Below are positions 36,921 through 46,391 of a stretch of DNA of 58,047 nucleotides, one piece after another. Numbering within the stretch: the first letter of the stretch is position 1; each line of letters begins with the position of its first letter. The stretch comes from a virus (Duplodnaviria; Caudoviricetes). The stretch covers positions 1 to 58,047 of the IMG/VR virus record IMGVR_UViG_3300048582_000144; one strand, 5' to 3'. Made by a program: the position numbers and the translations under genes. The notes below the pieces were generated by a model that saw only the letters and a list, made by a program, of their open reading frames with translations, was not told the origin of the DNA and searched no databases.

Positions 36921-39566
36921 ATGTCAGCAGACCGCGCCAGCTACTCCAACAAGACCACCAAGCAGCGGCTTCAACTGCCGTTGAATGGAACCCTGTTCAC
37001 CACCACGCGGAAAGTCTCGCCTGAGAAAGAGACACCAGAGGTTGGTGGAACCATGGAGTCAGAGCTTGGCAGCAAGTATGCCACCAGCCGCATCATTGCA
37101 GTTGATGCGGCACCCGACCAACACGACACGCTGGTCATCCAGCACGTCATCATCCCAAACGAGACGATTCAACTCCTCTCGAACTGGGAGGAAACGCAAG
37201 TCACCATCGGTGGCAAACAATTCCCGGCAGTCATCCGCACGGTGATCATGCTGGCCAGCGATTACAGCAGCACCACGCCCGCCGTGAACTCCGCAATGCC
37301 CATCGGCAGCGACAACCGATTCCAAGGCGCGGGATACATCCTCTATGACCGCGAGTGCGTGAAGACCGGGCTGCCGCTCGAACCGGTGTTCCGAGTGGAC
37401 CGCCGCACCTACGTCATCCCCACCACCACCACCGGCCAAACCTTCGCCCCGGACGGTGCCACCATTGACGAGACCGGCGAGATCGTCGCCGAGGGCACTG
37501 CCGCCACCACCGGCCTGAACGTCGCGCAATCGTCGGTCGATCCCCAAGGTAACGGCAACGCCCTCAAAGTCACCACCACCCCCCGCAGGCGCAAGGCAGA
37601 CGGCACCACCGAAGTTGGCTGGCCAAAGAAACAGCGGAAATCCAAGGGTGTTGAAAACCTCACCCCTCAGAAGTTTCTCCGCCAGATCACCACCGCCGTC
37701 ACCACCACGCAGAAGGAGCTTGCGGCCGACAAGGTTGACGACATCCCGGATCCAGCCAATCCCGTCAGCCCACAAACCCAGATCGTTCACGAGAAGGAAA
37801 ACGACCACCGATACAGCGAGGCCATCACCACCGAAGTCATTGCCGAAGGAGCGGAGCCCTTGGCTGGTGAGGAATACGGCGGCATCGTGACGCTATCGAC
37901 AGCCGAGACGCTGGTTGCGGAGGGAACAGCAGCAGACACCGGACTGGATGTGGTTTCCTCCACCGTCGATCCAACCGGCGACGGCAAGGCAGTCAAAACC
38001 ACGAAGCGGGCCAAGACCCCAGGATGGCCGGACCCAGTGGACACAGAGGTTTCCAAAGAAGGCGCGGACCAACCGCCGGCACGCTACCGGAAAAACCTCA
38101 CGCGAAAGAAAGTCTCGCGCAAAATCGCCCCGGGAGACATTCCCGAAGACCCCGCTCTCACAGGGAACCAAGTCGGACGGTCCTTCAAGAAAGAGACCCC
38201 CGACCGCGCGGAAGAAACGATTACCACCGAGACATTCACCCTGAACACCGCGTTCGTGGATGAAGCCATCGAGCAACGCCCGTTCGTCAGCATCCGGTCA
38301 AGAATGACACCGGGCACCGCCCCGCAGTTACCCGTCTCCGGCAACGGTTCATCGCGCCTCGTCTATGAAGGCCCGACGACCAACATCTACGAGAACACCG
38401 AAGAGATCGCCACCGCGAGACCGGGACCCGCCGGAGCCGAAAAAGAAGTTCGCCCGTTTGTGGCGATCACCACGAACCTCCGATACTCAACCTCCAACAG
38501 CATCGGCACGCCGACAGGATCCGCGGATGTGGTGTTCAACGATGGCAGCACCATCGTTTACAGAGTCGCCGAAAAGAGTTCCACCGTTCGCACCGGACCC
38601 GCGGGAGTCGAAAAGGATGTGAAGCCCTATGGCACCTTCACCACGAACAAATCCTACTCGGCCAACAACGTCATCAGCACGCCCACCGGTTCCTCCAACG
38701 TGGTGTACAACGACGGCGAGACGCTGGCCTACGAACTGGGCGAAATCACCTTCAGCCCCACTTACCGGGAGATTGGCGTCGAGATCGAGAAGCAAGTCGG
38801 ATTCACCCGCACCACCCGTTCCAGATACTCCGGTTCGCCCACAGTGGCCACCAACCTTGGCTCGTCCTCAATCAGCTTCACCGATGGAGTCCAGACGGTT
38901 TACAAAGTCGATGAAATCGAACTCACCCCATCCGGCAGATCATTCGACGGCGGGAAAACATCCAATCGCCTGTATGTCAAATCCACCATCACCAGCTACC
39001 AATCCACGTCGGTTGGCAGCGGCGAGAACTACGATTCCGACGTGGTGGCCACCGATGGAAACGCGGTCATCTATCGGGTCAACTCCACCACCATCACCGC
39101 AAAGGCTCCGCTGGTTTATGAGACAGTGGTTCGCAGTTCCATCCCCTCACGCTTGATCAGCATCGACCTGATCCCGATTGCCAGGCGCGACGGGAAAAGT
39201 GAGATTGCCGTTTTCACCAACATTGAGGAGGGATACACCGGACAGTTCCCGGCAAGAGTCACCGAGTTCTACACCGAAGACCCATCCGCCATCACAGGAT
39301 TCGCCCCGCTCACGATGAAGCCCACGGCGATCAACTACAAAGGCATCCTGTTCAACCTCGGCATCAGCGACACCCTGCATGGTGCCATCGTCCTGCAAGA
39401 GTCCATCGGCAACAGTGACCCGGACTATGAAGCCCAAACCCTCACCCGCGTAATCCCCGCCACAGAGCCCACCGAAGTCCCGTCAGGCTGGCAGCCATTC
39501 GCTATCGACGTGACACCGTTCGAGGCTGGATTCCTCATCAAAAAAGTTGAAGTCAGATACCGATGA
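36921..39566 (+). CDS. Thr-rich virion/tail protein with internal repeats
   Basis: Repeated VAEGTAA.TGL.V..S.VDP.G.G.A.K and GS..VV.NDG units. Confidence 0.65.
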   Translation: MSADRASYSNKTTKQRLQLPLNGTLFTTTRKVSPEKETPEVGGTMESELGSKYATSRIIAVDAAPDQHDTLVIQHVIIPNETIQLLSNWEETQVTIGGKQFPAVIRTVIMLASDYSSTTPAVNSAMPIGSDNRFQGAGYILYDRECVKTGLPLEPVFRVDRRTYVIPTTTTGQTFAPDGATIDETGEIVAEGTAATTGLNVAQSSVDPQGNGNALKVTTTPRRRKADGTTEVGWPKKQRKSKGVENLTPQKFLRQITTAVTTTQKELAADKVDDIPDPANPVSPQTQIVHEKENDHRYSEAITTEVIAEGAEPLAGEEYGGIVTLSTAETLVAEGTAADTGLDVVSSTVDPTGDGKAVKTTKRAKTPGWPDPVDTEVSKEGADQPPARYRKNLTRKKVSRKIAPGDIPEDPALTGNQVGRSFKKETPDRAEETITTETFTLNTAFVDEAIEQRPFVSIRSRMTPGTAPQLPVSGNGSSRLVYEGPTTNIYENTEEIATARPGPAGAEKEVRPFVAITTNLRYSTSNSIGTPTGSADVVFNDGSTIVYRVAEKSSTVRTGPAGVEKDVKPYGTFTTNKSYSANNVISTPTGSSNVVYNDGETLAYELGEITFSPTYREIGVEIEKQVGFTRTTRSRYSGSPTVATNLGSSSISFTDGVQTVYKVDEIELTPSGRSFDGGKTSNRLYVKSTITSYQSTSVGSGENYDSDVVATDGNAVIYRVNSTTITAKAPLVYETVVRSSIPSRLISIDLIPIARRDGKSEIAVFTNIEEGYTGQFPARVTEFYTEDPSAITGFAPLTMKPTAINYKGILFNLGISDTLHGAIVLQESIGNSDPDYEAQTLTRVIPATEPTEVPSGWQPFAIDVTPFEAGFLIKKVEVRYR

Positions 39567-40465
39567 ACATTGATTTCAGAATGGGCAGCGATGCCACCGC
39601 AGACGGCCGGCAGTTCAACCGGACGAAGGTGGACATCGAAGTGAAGCGCCAAGTGGGGGATTCCAGCGGAAACGATCCGTTCATCCCGCGGTTGGTCAGC
39701 GATGAATCATTCAAGATCACATGGGGGTATGTGGTTGAAACCATCCCTGGATCCGCCGATCCGGTCAGACTCGCCACGCCTCCGAACATCGCAGAAGAGC
39801 ACGAAATCGCGGTTGGCCAACAGATCACCATTCGTGTGGACGTGGGCAAGGATGGGAAGATGATCACCACCGACCCGGTGACGCTGGAGATAGGCGACGA
39901 GGATGCAGAGTCGGTTCACTACTACCCGATCAGCGGCGACGATGCCACCGGGCGCGTAGGTTACTTTCGATACAAGATCGCCGTCCTGAAGGCGGGAGAG
40001 TCCGGGGCAAAGGACTACTTCGAGTTCTTCCTTGCCGGATCACACATTCACCTCGGCCAGAGCTTGCCGTTGTTGGAGAACACCACGACATCGGGCGGCA
40101 GAGTCCTCAAGGGGTTCGATCCCGACACCGGGAGATACATCTTCCGCCAAGTGCTTGCTGATCCGGCAGGCCAGCTTACGTCCCAAGAAAATGAGGACGA
40201 CGTGGCCATCCGCGGCAACTCCAAGAACCTGATCATCACCTACACCATCGGGGAAGACAGCCCCGTGACCGTGGCAGAGTTTGAGGATGGGCTGGAGACC
40301 ACCGGCACCGACGCGGAAACCGTGCCGACGATCAACATCCCAATTCCGCTTGCGGCTACGACGGGATACACTGGAGTCATTGAGATTTATGAAGAATGTG
40401 GCAGCGTGCTAAATGTGCTTACATTCACAAATGGGCTCCTAACGGATTACGAAGAAGTAATTTGA
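39563..40465 (+). CDS. virion structural protein
   Basis: ATGA overlap; acidic and beta-rich; C-terminal LTFTNGLLT. Confidence 0.6.
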   Translation: MNIDFRMGSDATADGRQFNRTKVDIEVKRQVGDSSGNDPFIPRLVSDESFKITWGYVVETIPGSADPVRLATPPNIAEEHEIAVGQQITIRVDVGKDGKMITTDPVTLEIGDEDAESVHYYPISGDDATGRVGYFRYKIAVLKAGESGAKDYFEFFLAGSHIHLGQSLPLLENTTTSGGRVLKGFDPDTGRYIFRQVLADPAGQLTSQENEDDVAIRGNSKNLIITYTIGEDSPVTVAEFEDGLETTGTDAETVPTINIPIPLAATTGYTGVIEIYEECGSVLNVLTFTNGLLTDYEEVI

Positions 40466-41022
40466 TGACATTCGTGTGGTTCACATGCCCGGAGCACTAC
40501 CCGGAATTTCTCCGTTCCATGGAGCGCGTCCGCTCATTTCATCCTACCGCGCTAACCGTTGCAGTCATTCGCCCAGACGACCCAACCCCGCCTGGCGACA
40601 ATCTGATAATCCACCGCCGTGAGTTCAATAGAGGTAGCCACCTTTCGCGGACGCCTGCCACAACCGGAGTGATCCAATCTCTTGGGGAGATCGCCAAGTT
40701 TGCGACCGGACCGATTGTCAAAATCGACTCCGACATGATCCTGCAAAGACCATTCCCTGACGGAGCAGGCGGGGTTTGCTTTCGCAGGCCACGCGGAACA
40801 ATGGTCGGAATTTACTCGCTGCCAATCGCGACCGCCGCAAAACTCCCGGAATTGGTGGCACCAGGGCAAACCACCGGGCTCCACCCAGAGGCGACTGTCA
40901 TTTGCCGTTTCGCTGCCCGCCTTGGCCTTCCAGTGATCGACATTCCAAACTACCTGCCTGCATTCGTGGAGTGCATCCCCTACGGCCAAAGGGCCAGCCG
41001 AGGCAAAGAATTGCGCCCGTAG
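40465..41022 (+). CDS. hypothetical protein with a glycosyltransferase-like DxD motif
   Basis: VKIDSDMIL; TGATG translational coupling. Confidence 0.45.
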   Translation: MTFVWFTCPEHYPEFLRSMERVRSFHPTALTVAVIRPDDPTPPGDNLIIHRREFNRGSHLSRTPATTGVIQSLGEIAKFATGPIVKIDSDMILQRPFPDGAGGVCFRRPRGTMVGIYSLPIATAAKLPELVAPGQTTGLHPEATVICRFAARLGLPVIDIPNYLPAFVECIPYGQRASRGKELRP

Positions 41023-41048
41023 ATCGCCCGCCTGAAATCATCCAACAT
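41011..41048 (+). promoter_or_regulatory. putative late promoter
   Basis: TTGCGCCCGTAG at 41011; CAACAT at +32. Confidence 0.55.
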
Positions 41049-41073
41049 CCCCACAACCTGAATCCCCAACACC

Positions 41074-41445
41074 ATGTACACATCATACGACACTCCCGGC
41101 GAATTCTTCAACCTCGCCCCCACCACCGGGGCCATCTCCCTGGTATCCGCAACCCTGTCCATCGGCCTCGCCGACCACGCCACGCCGGCCAACCAGTTCC
41201 TCACCAACATCACCGCCGCCCAAGCCGACCTCACCACCGGCTCCACCGCCCAAGTCATCTTCGGGATCTTCGATGCCATTTACCAGCGGTTCAACGACAT
41301 CAAGCTCCTCGATTCCGCCAACGTCCCCACCAAGTTCAACATCATCCGTACCGGCTACACCGACGAGACCACCGGTGAGCTGGTGTACAACTACTCCACC
41401 ACGATCCGCGTCAATCCGTCCGGTTTCGTCGCCGTGAATTCCTAA
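41074..41445 (+). CDS. probable virion protein
   Basis: Strong C-ending codon bias; downstream of a late-promoter motif. Confidence 0.65.
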   Translation: MYTSYDTPGEFFNLAPTTGAISLVSATLSIGLADHATPANQFLTNITAAQADLTTGSTAQVIFGIFDAIYQRFNDIKLLDSANVPTKFNIIRTGYTDETTGELVYNYSTTIRVNPSGFVAVNS

Positions 41446-41470
41446 TCCCCATCCCCACCACCCAACCGCC

Positions 41471-42823
41471 ATGGCCAGAGAAAAAGACTACGAGAACCGC
41501 GGCGAGAAGTCCGCGCCCGCACCACAACGCCGCAGGATCACCAGCAGGTTCAGAATGAACACGGGTATCACTGGCGCGGAAAGGGATATGGGGGGAACGG
41601 TTGTCGGTGGGTATTATGCGGACGGCACAGCCTTTGGAACGAAAGAGCGCCAGTTTCAAAGCGGCTCGGCCCCTGCAGCTGCCGCGCCAACCACCGCCCC
41701 AGGCGACACCGCGCCCGCTACCGGCAATGTCCTCAACGCCCGCCAGAACCTCTTCAAGAGGATGCAGGAAGCCAAGACGGACAAAGAACTTGCCGACATG
41801 CGGCAGGAAGCCGCCAGCCTTGGCGTGACGGACACCGGTTGGCAGCGGGCGACATCGAAGCTGCCCGAGCGGCCAGCCGCCAGCGCCGCGGCACCACCGC
41901 CCGCCGCGGCACCACCCCCGGCAGCCGCTCAAGGCGGCGACCAATCAGCGGCCGCCATGGGAACACCCGAACAGCAGGCCATGGTCCGGCAAATGATGAA
42001 CGAAGGATCAAACATGGCCACCGCAAGCACCGGGAACGACGTTTCCAATCAAGCCGCCGTCGCCATGGAAGGACGATCCCGCTTCGCCCGCCGCGGTGGA
42101 GCTTCCCCGGCAGCCATCGCAGGCCGCGCCACCACCGGAGCCAGCCCTTCCGCTCCCGCGCCGATGCAGCAGGCAGCGGCCACCAGCGCAGCCTCTTCCG
42201 CGCAATCATCGGTAGGATCTCGCTTCCGCCGCGACAAATACGGCCAGGTCCCGCTCAACATGCGCAACACATCGTTGACTGCCGCCGAAACAGCATCAGG
42301 CATGAAAACCACCGCAGCCGGAGCCGTTGCACCAACCGGAATGGAGTTGATCGGCAACCGTGGTGGCAAGCCGCTCTACGGCCCACCGACAGCAACGCCC
42401 GCACCGCTCCCCCCCGTAGCTCCAGCACCCACACCGGCCCCCGCTCCAACCTCCCGCTTCCGCATCCCGCAAGGCCCCGCCAGCCAGCCGCAGCCAGTGG
42501 GTCCGACAACCCGCTCAGATGGATACCAAGCCCCGTCACAGCGCCAGGACTTCGACCGCGAAGCAGCATCCGCCCAAGCCCGCAAGACAGGCACCCTCGG
42601 AAGCATGTTCCGCAGGCAAGGACAGCCAGAGATGGCGAAGGCGTTCCCGAACCGCACCACCAACAGGGAAGCGGCAGGAATCCCGATGCCATCCACTCCC
42701 GAAACTCCCGCAGCCTACCGGGCAGGAGAAGCCACCGCCGCAAAGCAGTTCTTCAAGCAGCCCGCTGCACCCGCTCCGGACCCAATGAAGAAACGGAGCC
42801 GGTTCGCCATAGCCCGCCGGTGA
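41471..42823 (+). CDS. low-complexity Ala/Pro/Gln-rich protein, candidate internal/ejection protein
   Basis: Disorder-prone composition; repeated SRF(R/A) motif. Confidence 0.6.
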   Translation: MAREKDYENRGEKSAPAPQRRRITSRFRMNTGITGAERDMGGTVVGGYYADGTAFGTKERQFQSGSAPAAAAPTTAPGDTAPATGNVLNARQNLFKRMQEAKTDKELADMRQEAASLGVTDTGWQRATSKLPERPAASAAAPPPAAAPPPAAAQGGDQSAAAMGTPEQQAMVRQMMNEGSNMATASTGNDVSNQAAVAMEGRSRFARRGGASPAAIAGRATTGASPSAPAPMQQAAATSAASSAQSSVGSRFRRDKYGQVPLNMRNTSLTAAETASGMKTTAAGAVAPTGMELIGNRGGKPLYGPPTATPAPLPPVAPAPTPAPAPTSRFRIPQGPASQPQPVGPTTRSDGYQAPSQRQDFDREAASAQARKTGTLGSMFRRQGQPEMAKAFPNRTTNREAAGIPMPSTPETPAAYRAGEATAAKQFFKQPAAPAPDPMKKRSRFAIARR

Positions 42824-42875
42824 ATACGTTTTCTCTTGCTAAGAGTGCAGGAGAGTGCATATGAGTGAAGCCGTC

Positions 42876-43202
42876 ATGAAAACGATCATCACCGCCGCAT
42901 TGGGTTTTCTGGTTATCTCCGCGCCGCTCGCCACCGCTCAAACTGCCGCGCAAGCAAGAGCGAAGGCCAATGAGCGCGGATTCATCCAACGGGCAATCCA
43001 GATCAAGCAGCAGCAGGAAGCGCAACGCCGCGCCTACCTCAACAGCCCCGAATACCTCCGCAAGCAGATCGCCGAACTCCAGCGCCAGCAGAACAACGAC
43101 CGCTTCGACGCCAAGCGCGAGCGCAACTGGCAGGAGACACAGCGCGAAGTCGAAGCCGCCAACCAGCGCAGCCGCGCGAGAATGGCAGCCGAACGCCGCT
43201 GA
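42876..43202 (+). CDS. secreted helical protein
   Basis: Signal peptide MKTIITAALGFLVISAPLATA; convergent with the integrase. Confidence 0.65.
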   Translation: MKTIITAALGFLVISAPLATAQTAAQARAKANERGFIQRAIQIKQQQEAQRRAYLNSPEYLRKQIAELQRQQNNDRFDAKRERNWQETQREVEAANQRSRARMAAERR

Positions 43203-44249
43203 TCACTGGAAGAACTCTTTCCCATCCGCAGGAAGCACCGCCCGCCGGTAATGCCGGAACAGAGTCGTGCTGCCTGCCGTGTGGCCCATCACAGCCTTTG
43301 TGGCATCCTCGCCCTTCCATGCCAGATAGTGACTGGCGAACGTGTGCCGCATCACGTCCTGCATGTGACCAATTCCCGCGGTCTTGCGGATCCGCTGCCA
43401 CCGTTTTTTCCACCCCGCCGGAGCCACCGGCCCAGACTTCGGGTGCCCTTCGATCCCCCGCCGCAATGCCGGCGTGATTGGAATGTGGCGATCCGCACCG
43501 GTCTTGCTCGCCCCCTGCGAGACGTAAATCTCCGCCCGCCCCACATCCGCCCAATCCAGCCGCGAAATCTCCCCATTCTCGGAGTCGGGCCGGATTCCGG
43601 CATAGAGCAGCAGAGCAACTGCCCGGCGCTCCTCAGCGCTCTCGCAGGCGGCAAAGGACGCCTCGCATTGGTCTTTGGTCAAAATGTGGATCACCGCGCC
43701 TTTCTGGTGCCTCTCGCGGAAGCCAAGCACCGCCTGGACGCGAGAAGCCCGCATTTCGATCGTGCTTCGAGCCAAAGGCCCGTTGGAGCGCAACGCCTCC
43801 TCAATTCGTTCGCGGTCAATCGTGCCGCATGGCAGCGGCATCAGGGACGGCACCCACCGCGCCAACCGCTCCATGTCCAAAGAATACCGAGCGCTCCAAT
43901 GGGATTCACCCCAAAGCAGGGCGCGGGCGTACCGGGCGCGGAATGTCTCCTTGGAATCCTCCGTGGCGATTCTGGCGACCGCCAACCGGGCAGCCTCCAC
44001 CAGCGATATCCCGGACCCTTCAAGGATGCGGGAAGCCTCCGCCGCCTGGTGAGCGAGCGCCACCGGGATCATGCTCGACCGCAGACCGGTTCCATGCTGC
44101 CGCCGCATCGAGGATGCGAATTTCTCCGCCGCTGTCTTGCCGGGGAAATACTTCCGCTGGCGGCGACCCGCGGCATTCATGGCAGCAGGGATGGAAACCA
44201 TCCATCCTTTCGGGGTTTCCACCACGTTGAATTTTGGAGATCGGGCCAT
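43203..44249 (-). CDS. int: tyrosine recombinase (phage integrase)
   Basis: AGIRP (R), SKTG (K), DVMRHTFAS, MGH, HY; attP-like site directly upstream. Confidence 0.92.
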   Translation of the reverse strand: MARSPKFNVVETPKGWMVSIPAAMNAAGRRQRKYFPGKTAAEKFASSMRRQHGTGLRSSMIPVALAHQAAEASRILEGSGISLVEAARLAVARIATEDSKETFRARYARALLWGESHWSARYSLDMERLARWVPSLMPLPCGTIDRERIEEALRSNGPLARSTIEMRASRVQAVLGFRERHQKGAVIHILTKDQCEASFAACESAEERRAVALLLYAGIRPDSENGEISRLDWADVGRAEIYVSQGASKTGADRHIPITPALRRGIEGHPKSGPVAPAGWKKRWQRIRKTAGIGHMQDVMRHTFASHYLAWKGEDATKAVMGHTAGSTTLFRHYRRAVLPADGKEFFQ

Positions 44250-44253
44250 GATA

Positions 44254-44273
44254 TTGTCGCCACTTGTCGCCCT
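44254..44273 (+). repeat. tandem arm-type integrase binding sites
   Basis: TTGTCGCCAC TTGTCGCCCT; related TCGCCAC and CCGCCAC around 44428-44445 on the other side of the core. Confidence 0.55.
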
Positions 44274-44330
44274 TTGGCGGATTACTGACGTGCATTCAGC
44301 TTCACCCAGATGCACGCAAATGCAAGAAAA

Positions 44331-44377
44331 GAGCCGCTGGTCGGATTCGAACCGACGTTTATCCTTCTCATTACGAA
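44331..44377 (-). mobile_element. attP core: 3' half of a tRNA-Thr(CGT)
   Basis: Minus strand TTCGTAA-TGAGA-AGGATAAAC-GTCGG-TTCGAAT-CCGAC-CAGCGGC-TC; no 5' half of the tRNA is present. Confidence 0.8.
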
Positions 44378-44495
44378 CGGGCAAAAGCGCATTGAATATG
44401 AACGGGTTATATCATCATGTCTGGGAATCGCCACCATGCCGCCACTTGCGAAATGATTTTGACGAACCCCATTATTTTGGACGATCATTGGGGAT

Positions 44496-44747
44496 ATGCC
44501 CCGCTGGCGGAAACCTAGTCTGGAAACCAGTCTGAAAGCCAGTCTCGCTTTATCGGTGATGCTCGTCATTGGATTGCTCAACATTGAAGCCTGCACCCGC
44601 AAGAAATCCAAGCCCCGAACTGGCCATGGATATTCATCCGGTCGTGGCGGTCGGTGTAGTCCAGTCGGAGAATGCAAAGCGTGCACAGATTGCAGCAGAT
44701 GCCAGCATTGCTCGAAATACGGAGGGTCGTGCAGCGTTTGCAGATAA
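44496..44747 (+). CDS. small Cys-rich exported/membrane protein (start uncertain)
   Basis: Hydrophobic segment followed by CKACTDCSRCQHCSKYGGSCSVC. Confidence 0.55.
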   Translation: MPRWRKPSLETSLKASLALSVMLVIGLLNIEACTRKKSKPRTGHGYSSGRGGRCSPVGECKACTDCSRCQHCSKYGGSCSVCR

Positions 44748-44751
44748 AGCC

Positions 44752-45237
44752 CTATTTTGATCCCTTGGCATAGAACGTCCGCAGGAAGTCCAAGACCTCG
44801 ACCGCGATCTTGGAATAGTGTGGGTCGGTGCCCTCTTCCCATTTCATCACGATCCGGGTGACTTCGGCCCCGATCTTCGGGAGCCGTTTGGTCTCGACCC
44901 AAAGAGGACCCGGGTCAGTCGATACTTGAATCTCAAGCAGGGCCTCAACGATCTTTGGAAACGATGGATGCTCGGACATCTTGCGGGTTAGCTCTACGGC
45001 CATAGGCGAAACCTGAACGCTCTTATCCACGAACTGAGCAAGCCGGATACCGAGAAACGATTCGATCTTTTCAACCTGGTCATCGGAAAGGTTTTGCAGC
45101 TTTCGATTCATCAGTTTTGAGACCCAAGCCTTGCCCAAACCCATAAAATCGGCGAGTTGAGACTGATTTATTTTTGGCTTCGTTGGATCACGGAACCTCT
45201 TCTTTATCAAAGCAATAGTGGCGGGAGTGACTTTCAT
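44752..45237 (-). CDS. XRE-family HTH repressor (CI-like)
   Basis: INQSQLADFMGLGKAWVSKLMN; divergent from the early operon. Confidence 0.85.
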   Translation of the reverse strand: MKVTPATIALIKKRFRDPTKPKINQSQLADFMGLGKAWVSKLMNRKLQNLSDDQVEKIESFLGIRLAQFVDKSVQVSPMAVELTRKMSEHPSFPKIVEALLEIQVSTDPGPLWVETKRLPKIGAEVTRIVMKWEEGTDPHYSKIAVEVLDFLRTFYAKGSK

Positions 45238-45259
45238 AGGGTTGCTCAAATAACAGAAA

Positions 45260-45321
45260 GTTTCCAGCATGGCAACTTTTTTCTTGTCAACCTGTTGGTT
45301 GACTGTTTCCTTGTTGGAAAC
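45260..45321. promoter_or_regulatory. lysis/lysogeny switch with operator-like palindromes
   Basis: GTTTCC-N5-GGCAAC (45260-45276), GTCAACC-N4-GGTTGAC (45286-45303, containing TTGACA/TTGACT on opposite strands), GTTTCC-N5-GGAAAC (45305-45321). Confidence 0.65.
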
Positions 45322-45322
45322 C

Positions 45323-45550
45323 ATGAGCGACACCGCAACGCCAAACAAAACAGTAGTGGAGGTTTCCTCCGACACCCATTCCCGCCTCCGAGAAGGAGCC
45401 ACCAGCACCAAGAACAGCCTAAAGCGCTTCACCGATCTCTTGCTCAGCTACGCACTGGGCAAATTCGAGGCAGGTGTGATCGAGCTTCGGGAGCCGACCA
45501 TTGAGGAAACGGAGCCCAAGGAAACCCAACCTGTGGAGGCCGGATCATGA
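45323..45550 (+). CDS. small DNA-binding protein in the Cro position, ribbon-helix-helix-like
   Basis: First gene divergent from the repressor; KTVVEVSSDTH..L pattern. Confidence 0.5.
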   Translation: MSDTATPNKTVVEVSSDTHSRLREGATSTKNSLKRFTDLLLSYALGKFEAGVIELREPTIEETEPKETQPVEAGS

Positions 45551-45750
45551 AACTCGACCCCGCCACGACCACGCTGGAAACCACGGAGAGAGTCCGCGCG
45601 GAGCTTCACCACGCGTTCCTTGAATCCTGCGTCGTCGTCAGCCGCGTCTATCACGGACTGATGACACCGGGTGAGGCCGCCACGAGACTGAAGGAGATCC
45701 TCGCACCGTTGCAGATCGAGGAGAAACCCAAGACGGAGGGCGAGGCATGA
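45547..45750 (+). CDS. hypothetical protein
   Basis: ATGA overlaps on both sides. Confidence 0.6.
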   Translation: MKLDPATTTLETTERVRAELHHAFLESCVVVSRVYHGLMTPGEAATRLKEILAPLQIEEKPKTEGEA

Positions 45751-45983
45751 ACTCCAAGCTGCTCACCGCCGACGAACTCGCCGAGCTGGTAGGCACATCC
45801 CGCCGCACGGTCATGTCATGGCTGGGTGACGGCATCATCCCCGCCGCCGTCCGCGAGGGCAACGTCCTGCGGTTCGATGAAGCCACCGTCCGCAAGGCCC
45901 TTGCCAAGCGAGCCGCCACGCGGACGAAAGCATCCCGCCCAATCGCCGACGCCCCACCCGCCGGCATGATCCCCACCATATAA
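45747..45983 (+). CDS. xis: excisionase-like HTH protein
   Basis: LLTADELAELVGTSRRTV..W...G.IPA.....LRFD. Confidence 0.8.
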   Translation: MNSKLLTADELAELVGTSRRTVMSWLGDGIIPAAVREGNVLRFDEATVRKALAKRAATRTKASRPIADAPPAGMIPTI

Positions 45984-46088
45984 CCCCCTTTGCTCGCGGC
46001 AGGCGTGTGACGCCGCCATCCACAGTCCAGGTTCACCAGTTAACAAAAATCGGGCCGCGAGTATCCACTTTCACCACCACACACACAG

Positions 46089-46391
46089 ATGACATTCGAC
46101 ACATTCGCCGCCGACCGCCTGATTCACGCTCTCCGTGAAGCCAGACGCTTGAGAATCACCAGCATCAGCCATGTTCTCGTGCTGACTCTTCTCTCCGAAA
46201 AGGACGACGGGGCGCTGCCGTCCCAACTCGCCAAGGAGCTGCAATGCACTGCGGCCGGAATCACCGGAGTGGTGGAACAGCTTTGCCAGCTCGAACTCGT
46301 GGAGCGAGTCGAAGGCAAAGAGGACCGCCGCAACAAGCGAGTCATGATCACGGTCAAGGGACTCCAAGCCATCGCCCGCATGCTGCCATGA
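46089..46391 (+). CDS. MarR-family transcriptional regulator
   Basis: SQLAKEL...AGITGVVEQL...LVER....EDRRNKRV.IT.KG. Confidence 0.88.
   Translation: MTFDTFAADRLIHALREARRLRITSISHVLVLTLLSEKDDGALPSQLAKELQCTAAGITGVVEQLCQLELVERVEGKEDRRNKRVMITVKGLQAIARMLP

Noticed and set aside
43251-44288. Long antisense or off-frame ORFs (also 23307-25016, 18137-19663, 32902-34086, 49066-50205)
   Set aside because: They are shadows of well-supported genes in GC-rich DNA and show no recognisable motifs.
44331-44377. Complete tRNA gene
   Set aside because: There is no D arm or 5' acceptor strand; interpreted as attP.
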